Counted from the whole stretch's first letter, positions 26,601 through 38,975 are shown. The stretch is 45,742 bases of DNA, filler included, from Catajapyx aquilonaris (GCA_000934665.2; 2 parts of 2 records of this genome joined end to end with filler, not necessarily neighbours in it); one strand, 5' to 3'. Notes: generated from the letters alone by a model not told the origin. Numbers and translations: made by a program.

Positions 26601-27679
26601 TTGCAAAAATTGGCAGAAAAATTGGCAGAAAATTGACAGGTAATTTCTAAACCATCAGTCCAAGATGGTGGTTGTGTATCAAGAAGAAAGACTTGCACGG
26701 ATTCATGGCAGAACATGGCGTTCCCTTAACTGACGACGCTAACCATTGGATGAACTCATCGGATGAAATATTGAAACGAATGGAAGGTATTGCCTCCACA
26801 TAATTATTAGTGTTTTAAAAAAAAACATTTTGGAATTCTCACAACCAGCCCAGACAGTTCGACTTCTCTCACTAGATGGTTTTAACCAAGTTATGTAACA
26901 TTATTCTAGCCTCCATGGCGACATGATGGTGTGTCCACAGAACAAGCCACAGAAAGACATATTCCATACATATTCATTGAAATGAAATTATGGAAGGCGC
27001 AGGACGCCAACCAGAATCCGTGTAAATAATTACTGTCTATTCATCCAAATGTTGGATTTGCCACGTACTTACAAGCATGTGTTTTAAAATACCTTTCCAG
27101 TCGGAATATAAATTATTTGTCAAAATTTGTCAGTTTTAATTCACAGTATGGAGAAAATAAGTCATTAAGCAGTCAATGTTCATCACGACGTGGAAATGGC
27201 AGGCCACCTTCGGTCACACTATGTGTTCCGAAAAGCACATATGTCGTGGTAAGCCAGGTCCGAAAAGGGTTTCTACTGAAACATCCCAAGTGCACGTGCT
27301 CTCGGTTGTAACAGTCAGTATAGTTTTCGTACATCGAGTGGGGACTATAGCTCGTGATCCTAAGATTCCCGCAAGACATTTACTTGCTAGTATGAAAATA
27401 ATGTGGCATACAGACGACATTCGAGACCATCCCGATCCAAGACAGACTGTGACGCACAGAAAACAGAGTGCAGCAAGAGACAAAAAGTGCCTGGTATACT
27501 GAAGGGCTTATGTGTCACAAACGACACCGATGATGTGATGACACACACATCGTTGCTCACACCAACAATATACCTTGATAATTGGCTGCGAAAATATAAT
27601 GCCATATTCCATCATGAAATCAAACGACTTCCGTATCCTTGTGTACTGGATGTTGAGGCTAAATAAGAGCCAAACCCTG

Positions 27680-27940
27680 TAAAATTAGGTCTAGGTTTGG
27701 TTTAGGTTTATTAGGAAGAAGCCAAAGCAACTGTGGCTATCTGGCTGTAGAAGAAGCAAAGGTGGGACAGATGGAGAGAGAAACGAAGAGGAAAAAGAAG
27801 AGAGGAAAGACTGGCATCTCTCTTAGTCTGTCTCCTATCCCAAAGACCTGTCCGGCTTGGGAGGCCCTACCAGTAGACGAAGCTACCGCCGGCATGGCTC
27901 TTGGGGTCAAGGGAGAAACGCAAACCAGCCAGCCTTCTTT
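27680..27940 (-). mobile_element. Non-autonomous retroposon fragment with an RTE-clade 5'UTR-like segment and a simple-repeat tail
   Basis: Minus strand tgaccccaagagccatgccggcggtagc..ctactggtagggcctcccaagccggacaggtc..cagactaagag resembles RTE/Expander 5'UTRs (recalled, not searched). Ends in aataaacctaaaccaaacc. Confidence 0.45.
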
Positions 27941-29766
27941 GATGCCATTATAATTACGCCAATGGTGTACATAATTTCACCAAGATCAATCACAACACAA
28001 TCCAACAAAAACGAGTAATACTCAACACCTAATTAGAGTGTTTGTGGAGTATTGATGTCCTAACCTGGACTCACTGAAACAATCGCCTTCAAGGCTTTAC
28101 TCTTGCAAGAAGGCTGAGTGAATATGCAGAGTGCTGATAATTATAATTCGTAACATAACCTCATATTATGCAAGTGACTCTGACTGCAATTATTCGCAGC
28201 AGTTGATGATTATATTCATCTTGAACAGCGTACAAATGAAGTGCTGTACATACAAAGCCCATACAAGACATACACATTCTTCGAGGACGACTCATATGCT
28301 TATAATATGCGGAATTTGTATCGATCTCTCATCACGACATGGTTTACGATAAATATGGCGACGAGATTCATATTAACAATTCCCATTTTGACAGTTCTTT
28401 GCGCCAAGACCGACATGTGATATTCTCCTCCAAATCATATTCCCACATCCGGATGTCACTGGAATGATAATCGAGTAATTTGTCGGTTACAATGCAAATA
28501 TACGAATAAACTTTAAGATACAGAGTACTTACAACACAGCAGTACGGGTGAAAGAAATTAATATTTCGATTCTCCGCAACACCATATTAATAATAATCTA
28601 TCAGTACACACAATCCTTGGCATTATTGGGCAGTCAGCAAAATAGACACGTAGGAATAAATGAGCATTAAAATTTGTTGCCTCCCACAGCAACACCTCAT
28701 GCTTCTTGCTATGCAACCGCAATGCAACATAACGCATCATAAACCGGGTGTCTCCACCTATCAATAAACGGTCAGTTACTGTCAGTAACGTGATTATCAT
28801 GTGACCATAACACAATGCCATAAAACAGGAAAATATGACCTTTGATTAATACCCAGCACTTGATTTCACACAGGAAGACACATCGGCAACTGCGGCACTT
28901 TAGACGCAGAAAAGCTTCGTTGTGATGACACATTCCGTTCCTCACACCAACAATACAGCTTGATATAATTGGTTACGGAAAGATAATGAGACGAAGTTAC
29001 TTCCGACATAGCTCTCGGGGCCATGGCGAAAACACAAGCCTTACCAACCACCAAGTTAGAATGTCCGAACATGTACCGTACCAGCCACTTTGTAATGGAG
29101 AATTTTAACATTAGACTAAGGAATGAAATCGAACGACTTCCAAATCCTAGTACACTGTGTGTTGAGACTGACCATGATTCATTTGATGTAAAATAAGCGC
29201 TATGCAATATTTCCTGACGCAACTCATGAATAGAGTAAAGCTGAAACCAAAGTGCGGAAATAACCATTACTGACTTATCCATGATATGGAACTAAATGGA
29301 GGTTCCAACAAAAGTGATTTCTTGCCTCTTATTGGAGACTAGACACCGCGTGGAATCCATAAAAAATGATACCTTTGAAGCTTAAGATAAAGATCGCCTT
29401 TCCACAGTGACGCAGAGTTAACAGGGTCTTGAACTGCACCATGAAGTACAGCTGCGACAACAACTGCACAGAGGAAGACGAATATGAATGTTCAAAATGC
29501 GCACAATGTACACTCGTATTGTCGTGCTTGTGAAATTAACTCTAATCCATTTCACCCTAGTTGAAGAGACTTGGAGTACCAGCACTCTGTATTGACTTGT
29601 ACCATTATTTCCATACTAGTTAATAAAACAACCAAATTTCAAAAATTGTATATCATGTTACCCGTAACAGGCTTGAAACATGCTCTCTACACACATTAGA
29701 ACATGCAAAGCCCAACGAGGCAAACCCAAGGAACGTCCTGTTCCCAGCACCCGACCGACGGACGCC

Positions 29767-30198
29767 CCAGTCCGAATGGGAAAACAAGCGGAGCCCGAGG
29801 CCACCTTATTCCTTCTCGACCTATGCCCCGACCCCATCCGTCGATCCACCAGCGGATGGCCATCGCCCCTGGACAGACCCAGGGGGGCAGAGTGGGGCCA
29901 AGAAGCGGACTCCGGCGGGGGCATCAGGGGAAGGAAGGGAATAAGGGAAGGGAAGAGGGAGATAGGAAAAAGACAAACGTTCCATNCCAGTCCGAATGGG
30001 AAAACAAGCGGAGCCCGAGGCCACCTTATTCCTAAACGACCTATGCCCCGACCCCATCCGTCGATCCACCAGCGGATGGCCATCGCCCCTGGACAGACCC
30101 AGGGGGGCAGAGTGGGGCCAAGAAGCGGACCCCGGCGGGGGCATCAAGGGAAGGAAGGGAATAAGGGAAGAGGGAGAGGAAACAGACAAACGTTCCAT
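29767..30198. repeat. Two GC-rich ~215-bp tandem copies separated by a single N
   Basis: 29767-29985 and 29987-30198 are nearly identical (ccagtccgaatgggaaaacaagcgg...cgttccat). Confidence 0.9.
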
Positions 30199-31344
30199 CG
30201 GGAGGAAGGGGAAGGAATAAACAAGATGGCCGCCCGGAAAGGGACGCCGTGACGTCATTGAGGGGGACACAACATGGCCGACCATCCACACACTCATCCG
30301 TCTCTAACACACAAACTGACAACCAATGTGTGCTGAAAATGGTGAGTTAAATCGTGAATTAAAATTGGTCATTAAAATTATTTGTCAAACGAACGGATTA
30401 AACGAGTGAGGGCGTTGGTGCCATCAGCAGGGACCCAACATGGCCGCACAATGATTCCGGCTGGTTGAGCGGACCTATCGACACTCGCACTGTAGTTGAA
30501 GTCGCCTGAAAGTTTATCTATGTGCACCCCCATTTGAAGAGTGGACTCTTCCTGGTGTGAGATACGATACCGTATCTGGAAAACATCATATTATGCGATT
30601 TTTTAAAACACTTTTACTTCTTTCATTTGCATATAAGAGTATGTATCATTAGTCATCCATGTTTACAATTTCACGAGTCTTGTGCCTGAAATACTGACAG
30701 TTAGTGGAGCATGTCAGGCTTGTTTATTTAAAAAGTGCGAGTTAATTGCGGTGGCTGGTTGCCTTCTCCAACCTCCGCGTCTAATCTTAATGCATTATTT
30801 AGCGACCTTTTCATTTCACAGGCTATAGTGGGCGTAAATGTTTGAATCGCACGCTATAAACCAGCACGAGCAGGATAAACATTGATTATTGTGAATTTAT
30901 AAGAGGACATTTTGATTATGATGAAATGTGCTGTATTATCCTGCACAACCATATGCTTAAAGAGGTCTTTATATCTTCGACTGCCAGTCCCATTCACACA
31001 CATTCTTCTATATAGTAGTCTAATGGTGAATTCACATAATACAGAGTAAGACTCGTTATAGACAAGGAAATAGTGAGTGACATTATGACAATCAATGGCT
31101 ATGAAAGGGATTTAATATACGACTTGAACTATTTCTCTGCTGCCTTGTGTTTGTATGCAATACCATTCAAGAAATACATCGTGAACACTGCACACCTTCG
31201 TGACAAAATACATTCCAGTTGTTACTACCATTTGTCACGACACCCACAATTTATAAACAGTTGGTTATAAATGGTACTATTTTATTCGTGACATTATGAG
31301 CGATGCAAAGAACGATTATGTAACCGCAGCTTTTCATTATTCAC

Positions 31345-32265
31345 ATGAATAAGGATAGGTCTGGTCAGTACTGCATTGGCTTCTTGTCCAGGATGGTGTG
31401 CAAAATAGGAGCTGTTGGCCTGCTGTCGGTTGTACTCGGATTGTACCCATGGCCACTTGATGGCCGTCGTATACTGCACAGGTGGCCGACTGTCCTCAAC
31501 ATTTGCATTGCAGTCGCTTCAGTTTTGCTTCATGTATTAAACAACCAGCATAAAGGTTTCGAACATGCTTCGAGGATGCCTTCAGGTGCAGACGTCTTCG
31601 TCTTGACCTCCTATATCGTAGCGGTACAAATCATACCGTGGGTCAACTTCCTGTTGGTGTGCATCAATTGGAAAAGCATAAGGACAATACTGGAGGGTCT
31701 AAACAGCATGAATAAGAACATTGTTGACAAGAACCTGAAGAAGTTGGAGTGGAAGATGCTCATTACTTGCTGCCTTGACGTTACGATCTTCACGTGCATC
31801 CATGTAGTTTCAGGACACGTGAACTCTTACGGACTCATCATGTTGATCCACATTTCAATCATGCGGTTTATTGTACCGTGTCAGTTCATCTCCATATCGG
31901 CTGCAATTCAGCGACAGTTAAAACTAGTCAACGAATCCATCTCGTTCACCTGTGCCCAACTCAACAGCGTCTTCTCGCCTTGCAACAATCCGTCCTTTTC
32001 AAAGCCTCACAATCGTTTTGCTAAATCGGGCCAGCTTTTCTTTGACCTTTGCGACTTGACAGACGAAACGAGCAAGTGCTACGGATGGACCATATGTCTC
32101 TCTTACTTGTCTTATGTCTACGAAATTGTCACGAACGCATTCGCCTCATTTCATGTGGCATCAGACACAAGCACTGGATTTCGTGTCATGACATTTGCAC
32201 ATGGAGTGTCTAGAGTACTTTTACTGTACATTGGGACACGTATCATGAGTCAACTTCCAGAAAAG
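31345..32265 (+). CDS. Gustatory receptor long first exon (GrA); probably an alternative first exon spliced to exons at 33610-34002
   Basis: 307 intact hydrophobic codons homologous to the downstream Grs (GLYPWPLDG, WP..LNI, K.EW, IVP, NSVF, K.GQLFFD.C, EIVT). Phase-0 donor AAG|GTAATT at 32265/32266, at the same position as in GrB. The start could instead be the ATG at 31393. Confidence 0.82.
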
Positions 32266-32622
32266 GTAATTGTATGATCCTATACTAATATACTTATTTA
32301 ATAATGATCACATTGAATCAGATTTATGTAGGGTCAAACAGGTAGGGTCAAACAGGGACCGGTCAGGGTCCTTATTTTATTGTAACGCTAATCTGGACAC
32401 TACATTTTTATATTTCCTGAGCACTTATTCTTTTGTCCCTGCCTCTTTTCCGCCCTTTTATCGAGTCATAGAGTGACATCTTCATTGTTATTAATGGTCA
32501 TTTGGACAACAATACACATCAAGGCTGACAAATTATGCCAAAATTGGCGTCACTGTATCAAAGTAGCGGATTTTGTCGGACTGTGCAGACGCATAATTCG
32601 ACACTGTGAAGTCTAAATCGAC

Positions 32623-34002
32623 ATGACACATCTGGTATCATTTCGCTCACTTGGCCCTCTCACCAAAGCGGCGGTCATCATTGGATTGTTTCCGTGGCCT
32701 TTGGATGGCCACTGGTTATTAAGCCATTGGCCGCTTTTTCTCAACATTTTCTTAGCAATAGCGTCATACACGGTTTTCATTGTCTATGTAACGTCAGGAG
32801 CACGACCAGATGTAGGGGTACATGTCTTGTCGGTAACGGAAAAATATATGTTTTATTCTTCGTTCGTTACTTTCGGAATAGCACCGTGGATTATTTACAC
32901 CTCAGTCAATTGCAAGACCAAGAGTCGTACAGCATTGCTGGAAAGAGTTCTTCGAATTTACAACAATAATTCCGCCCCAGTGCGCAAGGTGGAATGGACC
33001 ATTCTGACAATAGTTATGCTGAATATTGCGGTCCAAGTGATATCCCTCTTGTTGTACGGCAGGGAATTAGTATATTCCATTATTGTTTATCTCCAAAGCC
33101 TCTTGATCTACGCCATTGTTCCCGGTTACGTGGCGTACATATCTGTCGCAATTGAGCAACGGTTGAGAGAAGTCAACGGGTCCATCACGTACCTGTGCAG
33201 CCAGCGTCGAAATAGTGTGTTTATGCCACGCAGCGACTATTCATCTCTGATTAACGCCGAAGTGCCATTGTCCAAATTGGGCCAACTCTTTTTCGACATT
33301 TGCGAATGTACCGAGAGAGTCAGCAGGGATTACGGCCCTGCTTTGTGCGTGGTTTATGTGGCGTTTGTTACCGAAATTGTCACCCACGTATTTGCTATGA
33401 TTTATGTCTTCCCGAGGGTCACTCTGGATAAGAAGGCCACGATGATTCTGATGGGAATGTTAAGAATTGTGTTGATTTGCTACACGACTTTCATGATTGC
33501 TAATGTCTCAGATGAGGTAGGTTTCTCTTGTGAATTTTGCCTTTTGTATCTGTTTGCAATGTTTGTGTAACGGTAAAACTTGCATTTTGCAACCTGCACA
33601 TGATTTCAGGCGACTACATCTTTGCAAGATTTGATCCGCGTCCGCCTCTCAGAGTTGACCCCAAACTGCAAAGCACAGGTGAGTCTGATAATATTTCGCA
33701 ATTGACCATAATAATAATTGTTCACTCACGAATTTCTGATTGCAACTCAGGTGAAAGCACTAATTAGACGAATGAGCGGACCCCCAGTGCAAATCACTGC
33801 GGCCAACTTTTTCGCCATTAATCGCGGCCTCATGACATCAGTAAGTGTGATTACAGATCATGGTTTATTTAAAAAATATTCTTAATTTGATTTGAAATAT
33901 GTACAGATTGCAGGAGCAGTCACAACGTACCTCATAGTCTTGGTACAATTTAAGGGCTCAGAGGATTCACCTGTTGCTAACAACACTGCAACATCAACAT
34001 GA
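32623..34002 (+). CDS. Gustatory receptor (7tm_7 chemoreceptor), GrB, 4 exons, 382 aa
   Basis: Exons 32623-33516, 33610-33678, 33751-33840 and 33907-34002. All introns are GT-AG and phase 0 (93, 72, 66 bp). C-terminus PVQITAANFFAINRGLMTS|IAGAVTTYLIVLVQF carries the Gr TYxxxxxQF TM7 signature. Confidence 0.92.
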
Positions 34003-37000
34003 ATTTTACCGAAGAGTGTAGGCTACAGAGATTGATGGACGTATGTTAGCTGCACAACTCATACACATGTTATTACCGTTACTGTCACACTTATTACCCA
34101 TCACAAAAAATGATGTATATCGATATTAATGCAAAATGCCTTACTGATATAGGCCTAATATTAAAAGTTATGATATCTGAAAACAATAACAGCTACTAAA
34201 GTGATCAAGTATCATAATTATCCCAACTGAAAATTCATTTCGTGCACATGCTTCCAGCTAATCAATCTAATGTGTGACCTCGTGGCATCACAATAGGCCA
34301 CTATGCACAAGGCAATATCATTAACCATTAAAAAGTAAGTAATGGTGCTCATCGATTTGCAGATGGAAAAGGAGTGTCAACATCCTTCTGCATGCAAACA
34401 CAGCCAGTATGCCTCCTCAGGACCTTGTAAATCATGTTTTTTATCAACCAAATAGTGGACCGAAACTGGACCGGGTCCAGTTGATCCTCTCCATTGTAAA
34501 CGCCCATTTTTAATCCGTATTTCCCGCCAACATTGCTCAAGTTACGCCTACACTCCAGTCGCCTATCCTCACTACGCATGCGCATTGGAGCCAATCAGCG
34601 CTTGAATCGGGAACCAGCGGACCAATCGCTGGCTTTAGCTGTCCGATGTAAACCTTGCCATAAATTGAGCACGCACACTGCGCACCACTGGTTCCTGATT
34701 GGTCCATCCTTAGGCTGGGAATGGACCTGTCCAATCGGGTGCGAGAGGAGCGGAATGGCAGTTAGTCCGTGTGAAACTTCCCTCCTTCCTAACGAACGAT
34801 GGCGTCTCCTTCTCTCCAAGTCTGATCCTCGTCTCTTCTTCTCCTCCTTTGGCTCCAGGGGGAAACGGGGACTGGAGACTGCCCTCCTTCCACTCCTGGG
34901 AGGGTGGCCAGCTAGGGGCGGAGGAAGGGCAGGTCATGGTTCGGGGGGTGTTGCATGTGCAGGTAGAAGGAGGAAGGCAGGGGGAAAAGAGGCCACAACT
35001 AGGAGGATTCGAATCCGCCTTCTTGGGTCTGCTGGCCTCATTCCCAACTCGGCTTATTTCCAGGTTTGGCGGTGCTGGAATTGGGCCAGTTGGTACAGGT
35101 AACGTCGGATCTCGTCATACGTTCCTCATACTCTTGGTCGTACTTGACATGGCAGTGCAAGGAGGCATGATCAGGGCACTGGTAATAATGTGCATTATTA
35201 TAGAAAATTGTTTGTCACCATTCTAGAAAGGATTTATCTCATATCGCTGTCAGGTACTAGTCCTTCTTAGAACTCAGTAGGCCTATTGGTAGGTTGCTCA
35301 TACTAACAACCCGTTATTCATACTTCAGGTGATTTACTCTAAGAAACAATTATGAACAATTGTTCTGCAAGCAACTGTAGCTTTCAACTACAAACTGCGA
35401 TGTTAGCCCATCAATTGGGACATCTTGGTCATCATTGGCTGGAAGAATATGTTTTGAAATGTTACATGGCCGTGGCTGCACCTCATGGTTTAAAAGTTTT
35501 AAACAACCTTAATTTAATAATTACATGATAAATACGTGCCATATCCAAAAATTAGGCACACTCGTCTTTACACTATACAAGGACGGAGCAGTTGTTCATC
35601 ATGATGCTTATTCTTACTACACATTATTTAATTGTTGCCAATTCCACATCTCTCTTAATACTTTGAGCATTTCCACCAACAATGCAGTCATAAGACTATA
35701 CTCTTCGGAACCTTTCACACAGTGTTGCAGGAAGATTAAGGTGTGCTGTCCCCTGCGCTTCTCTCAGTTTGTCACCTTACAAAGAGTACAATCTGGTTAT
35801 AAAAAGAGGGATATTGCCAAACAGGATCTTAATAATTTGTCTCATCGGTGCAGCAACGACTTCATTCTCTGGATTTCTGACCTTTTAGGAGCAGGGCTCG
35901 TAGGACCGGCTGTAATTTTAGGAGATTCGTCACATAAATTGCGATTGATCAATTTACGCAATGTTTTCATGACATCTTTTGATTTGCGTCGTTCAAGGTG
36001 CTGATTTTCACCATGCATGATGCTGAATGACCACTTCATGCATCAATGCATGTGGCTTGAAATACGTCATTTAGGAAATGTATATCTGTATGGAATGTTT
36101 AACACCCTTTATGGCTGATGCTTCATGAAAGGCATATCGTATGGCGATAGTCACGATAATGACAAAATGTCATTGATTTGACAATAATAATGGTGATTAT
36201 TATTTGTGCTGACGAGGTGAGGATTGTTGAAGCTCTTTTCCCATGGTGTCACGGCATTGTCGTTCTGGGTTTTTTTCTTTCATTAAAATATGGCTCCAAA
36301 TAATTGTAACATTGCCTCTTTTTGCCTTATTGAGAACACTTGCAGGACAAGCTCATTGTCGCTGTTCACATCCTTTGGCTTCATCATTTTGCCCCAGTTA
36401 GGCCAGAGTTAGGCGGGACCCTTAGTATGTAAGGTTTCACAATGTCCTGATTTGGTACAGTCCATGTCTCGTTAACTGAATGGATTTCATTACATTATGG
36501 CATTATCACGCCTGAAGTCATTGTAAGGAACATTCGCCGGTAATTACTCCTATTTACCAATTGAGAGTCATGGCTATGTCAAAAAAATTAGGTTCATACT
36601 TGACCGGCTCTGGAATTTGACAGTGCGGTAATAGCTGGTGGGTCAGTTGTCAACACACAGCACCGACTGCAACTTCGTGTCATTACGTGCCGTGCGTAGG
36701 CTAGCTGTAGAAGGTCTTCCAGGTGGAAGTTGCATTAATCAATTATGTTCATAGATTTTTATCCAATCCTATGATGTCGCCGTTTTCTGCTTTACTTGAT
36801 CGTCTGTCAAAGGTTCCCGGTATATCATATTACAATGTGATAGTGCTGGTGCAAAATATTTTGATACATATTAAGCAGTAATCACCAATTCACCATATGT
36901 ATTTTTGTCAAATTAGTATGCATCCTATTGTTCCTTTCTCTTATCAGCGTGACCATTCTGTATGTTTTTGCCACTGTGATTGGGTCAGAATGATGGCAAT

Positions 37001-37182
37001 TTTGTGACAGTAAATGTTAGGAGAATGAACGTAACAATCTCATAAGCCTTGGGAGGAAAAGAATCTCCGGCATATACCACCAAGTTGGAAAGAACAGTGT
37101 TACTCATCCTGTTCTCTCCAAAGATGGGGCTGTTTCAAGATGTCTTGATGTATTCACTTGCTGTCATTATTATTTTATTTGT

Positions 37183-37380
37183 GGTCAGACCAAGCAAATG
37201 ATAATCACTGGCGGCTACGTCCAGACTGTAAACTGGTTGGGAGGAAAAATCTCCCAATGTATTTCCGCCAAATTTGCTGTTGTCAAATTGGCCGTGTTGG
37301 GACCAGACATTGTTATGGAGAAGAATGACAGTTCCTGATAACATCCCAGGGGTTTCTTTGTGAATGTTCTGTCTTATGAC
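37183..37380 (-). mobile_element. Decayed mariner (DD34D) transposase fragment
   Basis: Translates, with frameshifts, to PGMLSGTVILLHNN..TANLTTANLAEIHWEIF..YSLDVAASDYHLLG, matching the mariner ILLHDNARPH...YSPDLAPSDYHLF motifs. Confidence 0.8.
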
Positions 37381-37559
37381 ACCCTCTTACATCACATTGA
37401 GTTTTTCAAAAAATGAATGTGAATGAAATGGCATGGTACTAATAATTTGCGGTGGTGTGATGAATTAGGATGTGAGGAAGTGATTGTGAAAGAGTGTCAG
37501 GAAGAGCCAGAGAGAGAAAAGTGATATAGTGTAGTAGCCAAGGTATCATAAAGTAATGA

Positions 37560-38975
37560 TCAGCCCAGGGCTGCGGTGTACACATTGTCCTTAGTGTTTC
37601 CATCTGGTGCATAAACGTAAGAGACTGTTAGTGCTTCCCACACGTGACTCTCCAACATGCAACTGCCCGTGAGAGAAGCACGGCTCTTCCAGTTGCAGCC
37701 CAGCCACCTTCAAAGTTTGCCCCTGAGACTTGTTGATGGACATGGCGAAGCTGAGCCTTACAGGAAATTGGAGCCTCCTGAACTCAAATGGCAAGTCCGT
37801 CGGGATGACTGGAATTCTGGGAATGTGGACGTCTTCTCCCTTGCCACATCCCGAGAGAATTGTAGCCTGGATGACATGGGGCATAAGAGTTTTCACAGCA
37901 AGTCGAGTGCCATTGCAGAGTCGGGGTGGATCCAGGCTGCGAATGAGCATAATGGGAGTACCCATTTTTTAAGTGGGAGAATGAGGTCGGACTCCAGGAG
38001 GTTCTAGTGAATGTAGGAATTCTGTCGGGTAGTGCACCACCTGGGGTTTCGTCTGGGACTGTGTCCACAGACTTGTGGCAGTGGGAAGGACCAATTAGTT
38101 GGTTGAGGACTTGTGCGTTGATAAGATTGGCGGCGTTGTTTTTCGTAGCTAATATTGCTCTCTCACACAACCAACTGTGTCTCTGGTAGTTGAGGCACAG
38201 ATTGGGAGAGACCTTAAATTTTAATTCATCGACAGAGGACACCTTTGTACCGATCAATCCCATGTCAACATTTTCTAATGCATCGGTTCTAAATTGGCCA
38301 TTTCCTAATTTCAACACGTGCAAATTCCTCTGAGGAGTAGTCACCAAGCAGATAGGCACCCATGTTCGGAGAGAGATGTAATTTGTTAACATGAGTCCAA
38401 AGCTCTTATCTCATCGGCTCGTGTGTCTCGTGGAACAACAGGCAATGTTTGTCTGAAGTTCCCAGTCAAAACCAAAGTTACTCCACCCATAATCTTTTTG
38501 ATTTCCCGGATATCCTGCAATGTCCTGTCCAGAGCCTCAAGAGCTGCTTTGTGGGACATGGTGCACTCATCCCAAACAATTAACCTGCACTGACTCAAAA
38601 GTTGTGCCACCCCGCTGCCCTTGCTGATGTTGCATTTTTTTGTGTGTAGCTAAATTTAGAGGAAGTTTGAATGCTGCACGAGCAGTCCTCCTGCCAGGCA
38701 AAAGAGTAGATGCTATGCCAGAAGAGGCAACCGCAAGTGCGATTTGTTGATTCTGACGAACTTTGTCAACAACATATTTTTAACAAATGTTTTACCAGTT
38801 CCTACTGGTGCATCAAGGGGGGAAAAAAAACTCCTCGTGTCTGACCCTGGACATTGTCTACAATTGTCAAATAAGCAGATCTCAGATCCGGTAGCAACTT
38901 TGGTTCATTAAGAGCAACCTCTTGGATGAGTTCTTGGGTATTGTAATTCGTCTCAAGTAGAATCTCAAGGCAAAT
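37560..38975 (-). mobile_element. Helitron RepHel Pif1-family helicase domain, pseudogenised and 5'-truncated
   Basis: Motifs in order across frameshifts: DAPVGTGKTF (Walker A), AVASSGIASTLLPGRRTA..FKLPL, LIVWDECTM, GNFRQTLPVV, LCERAILATKN, PRLCNGTRL, IPRIP, QFPVRLSFAMSINKSQGQTL, CFSHGQL..SRV, TKDNVY. Confidence 0.9.

Noticed and set aside
29658..30322. Several overlapping 100-190 aa ORFs on both strands
   Set aside because: GC-rich duplicated sequence with few stops; the frame shifts between copies and no domain is recognisable.
33517..33570. ORF-track C-termini VGFSCEFCLLYLFAMFV of GrB (and of GrC at 40185-40238, and VIV of GrA)
   Set aside because: Read-through into intron 1; the true C-terminus lies in three downstream exons carrying TYLIVLVQF.
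37560..38975. Functional cellular PIF1 gene
   Set aside because: Intronless, with several frameshifts, an internal deletion and altered motifs (GNFRQ, QLHVGESRV). Motif spacing is Helitron-like and the Rep domain is absent.
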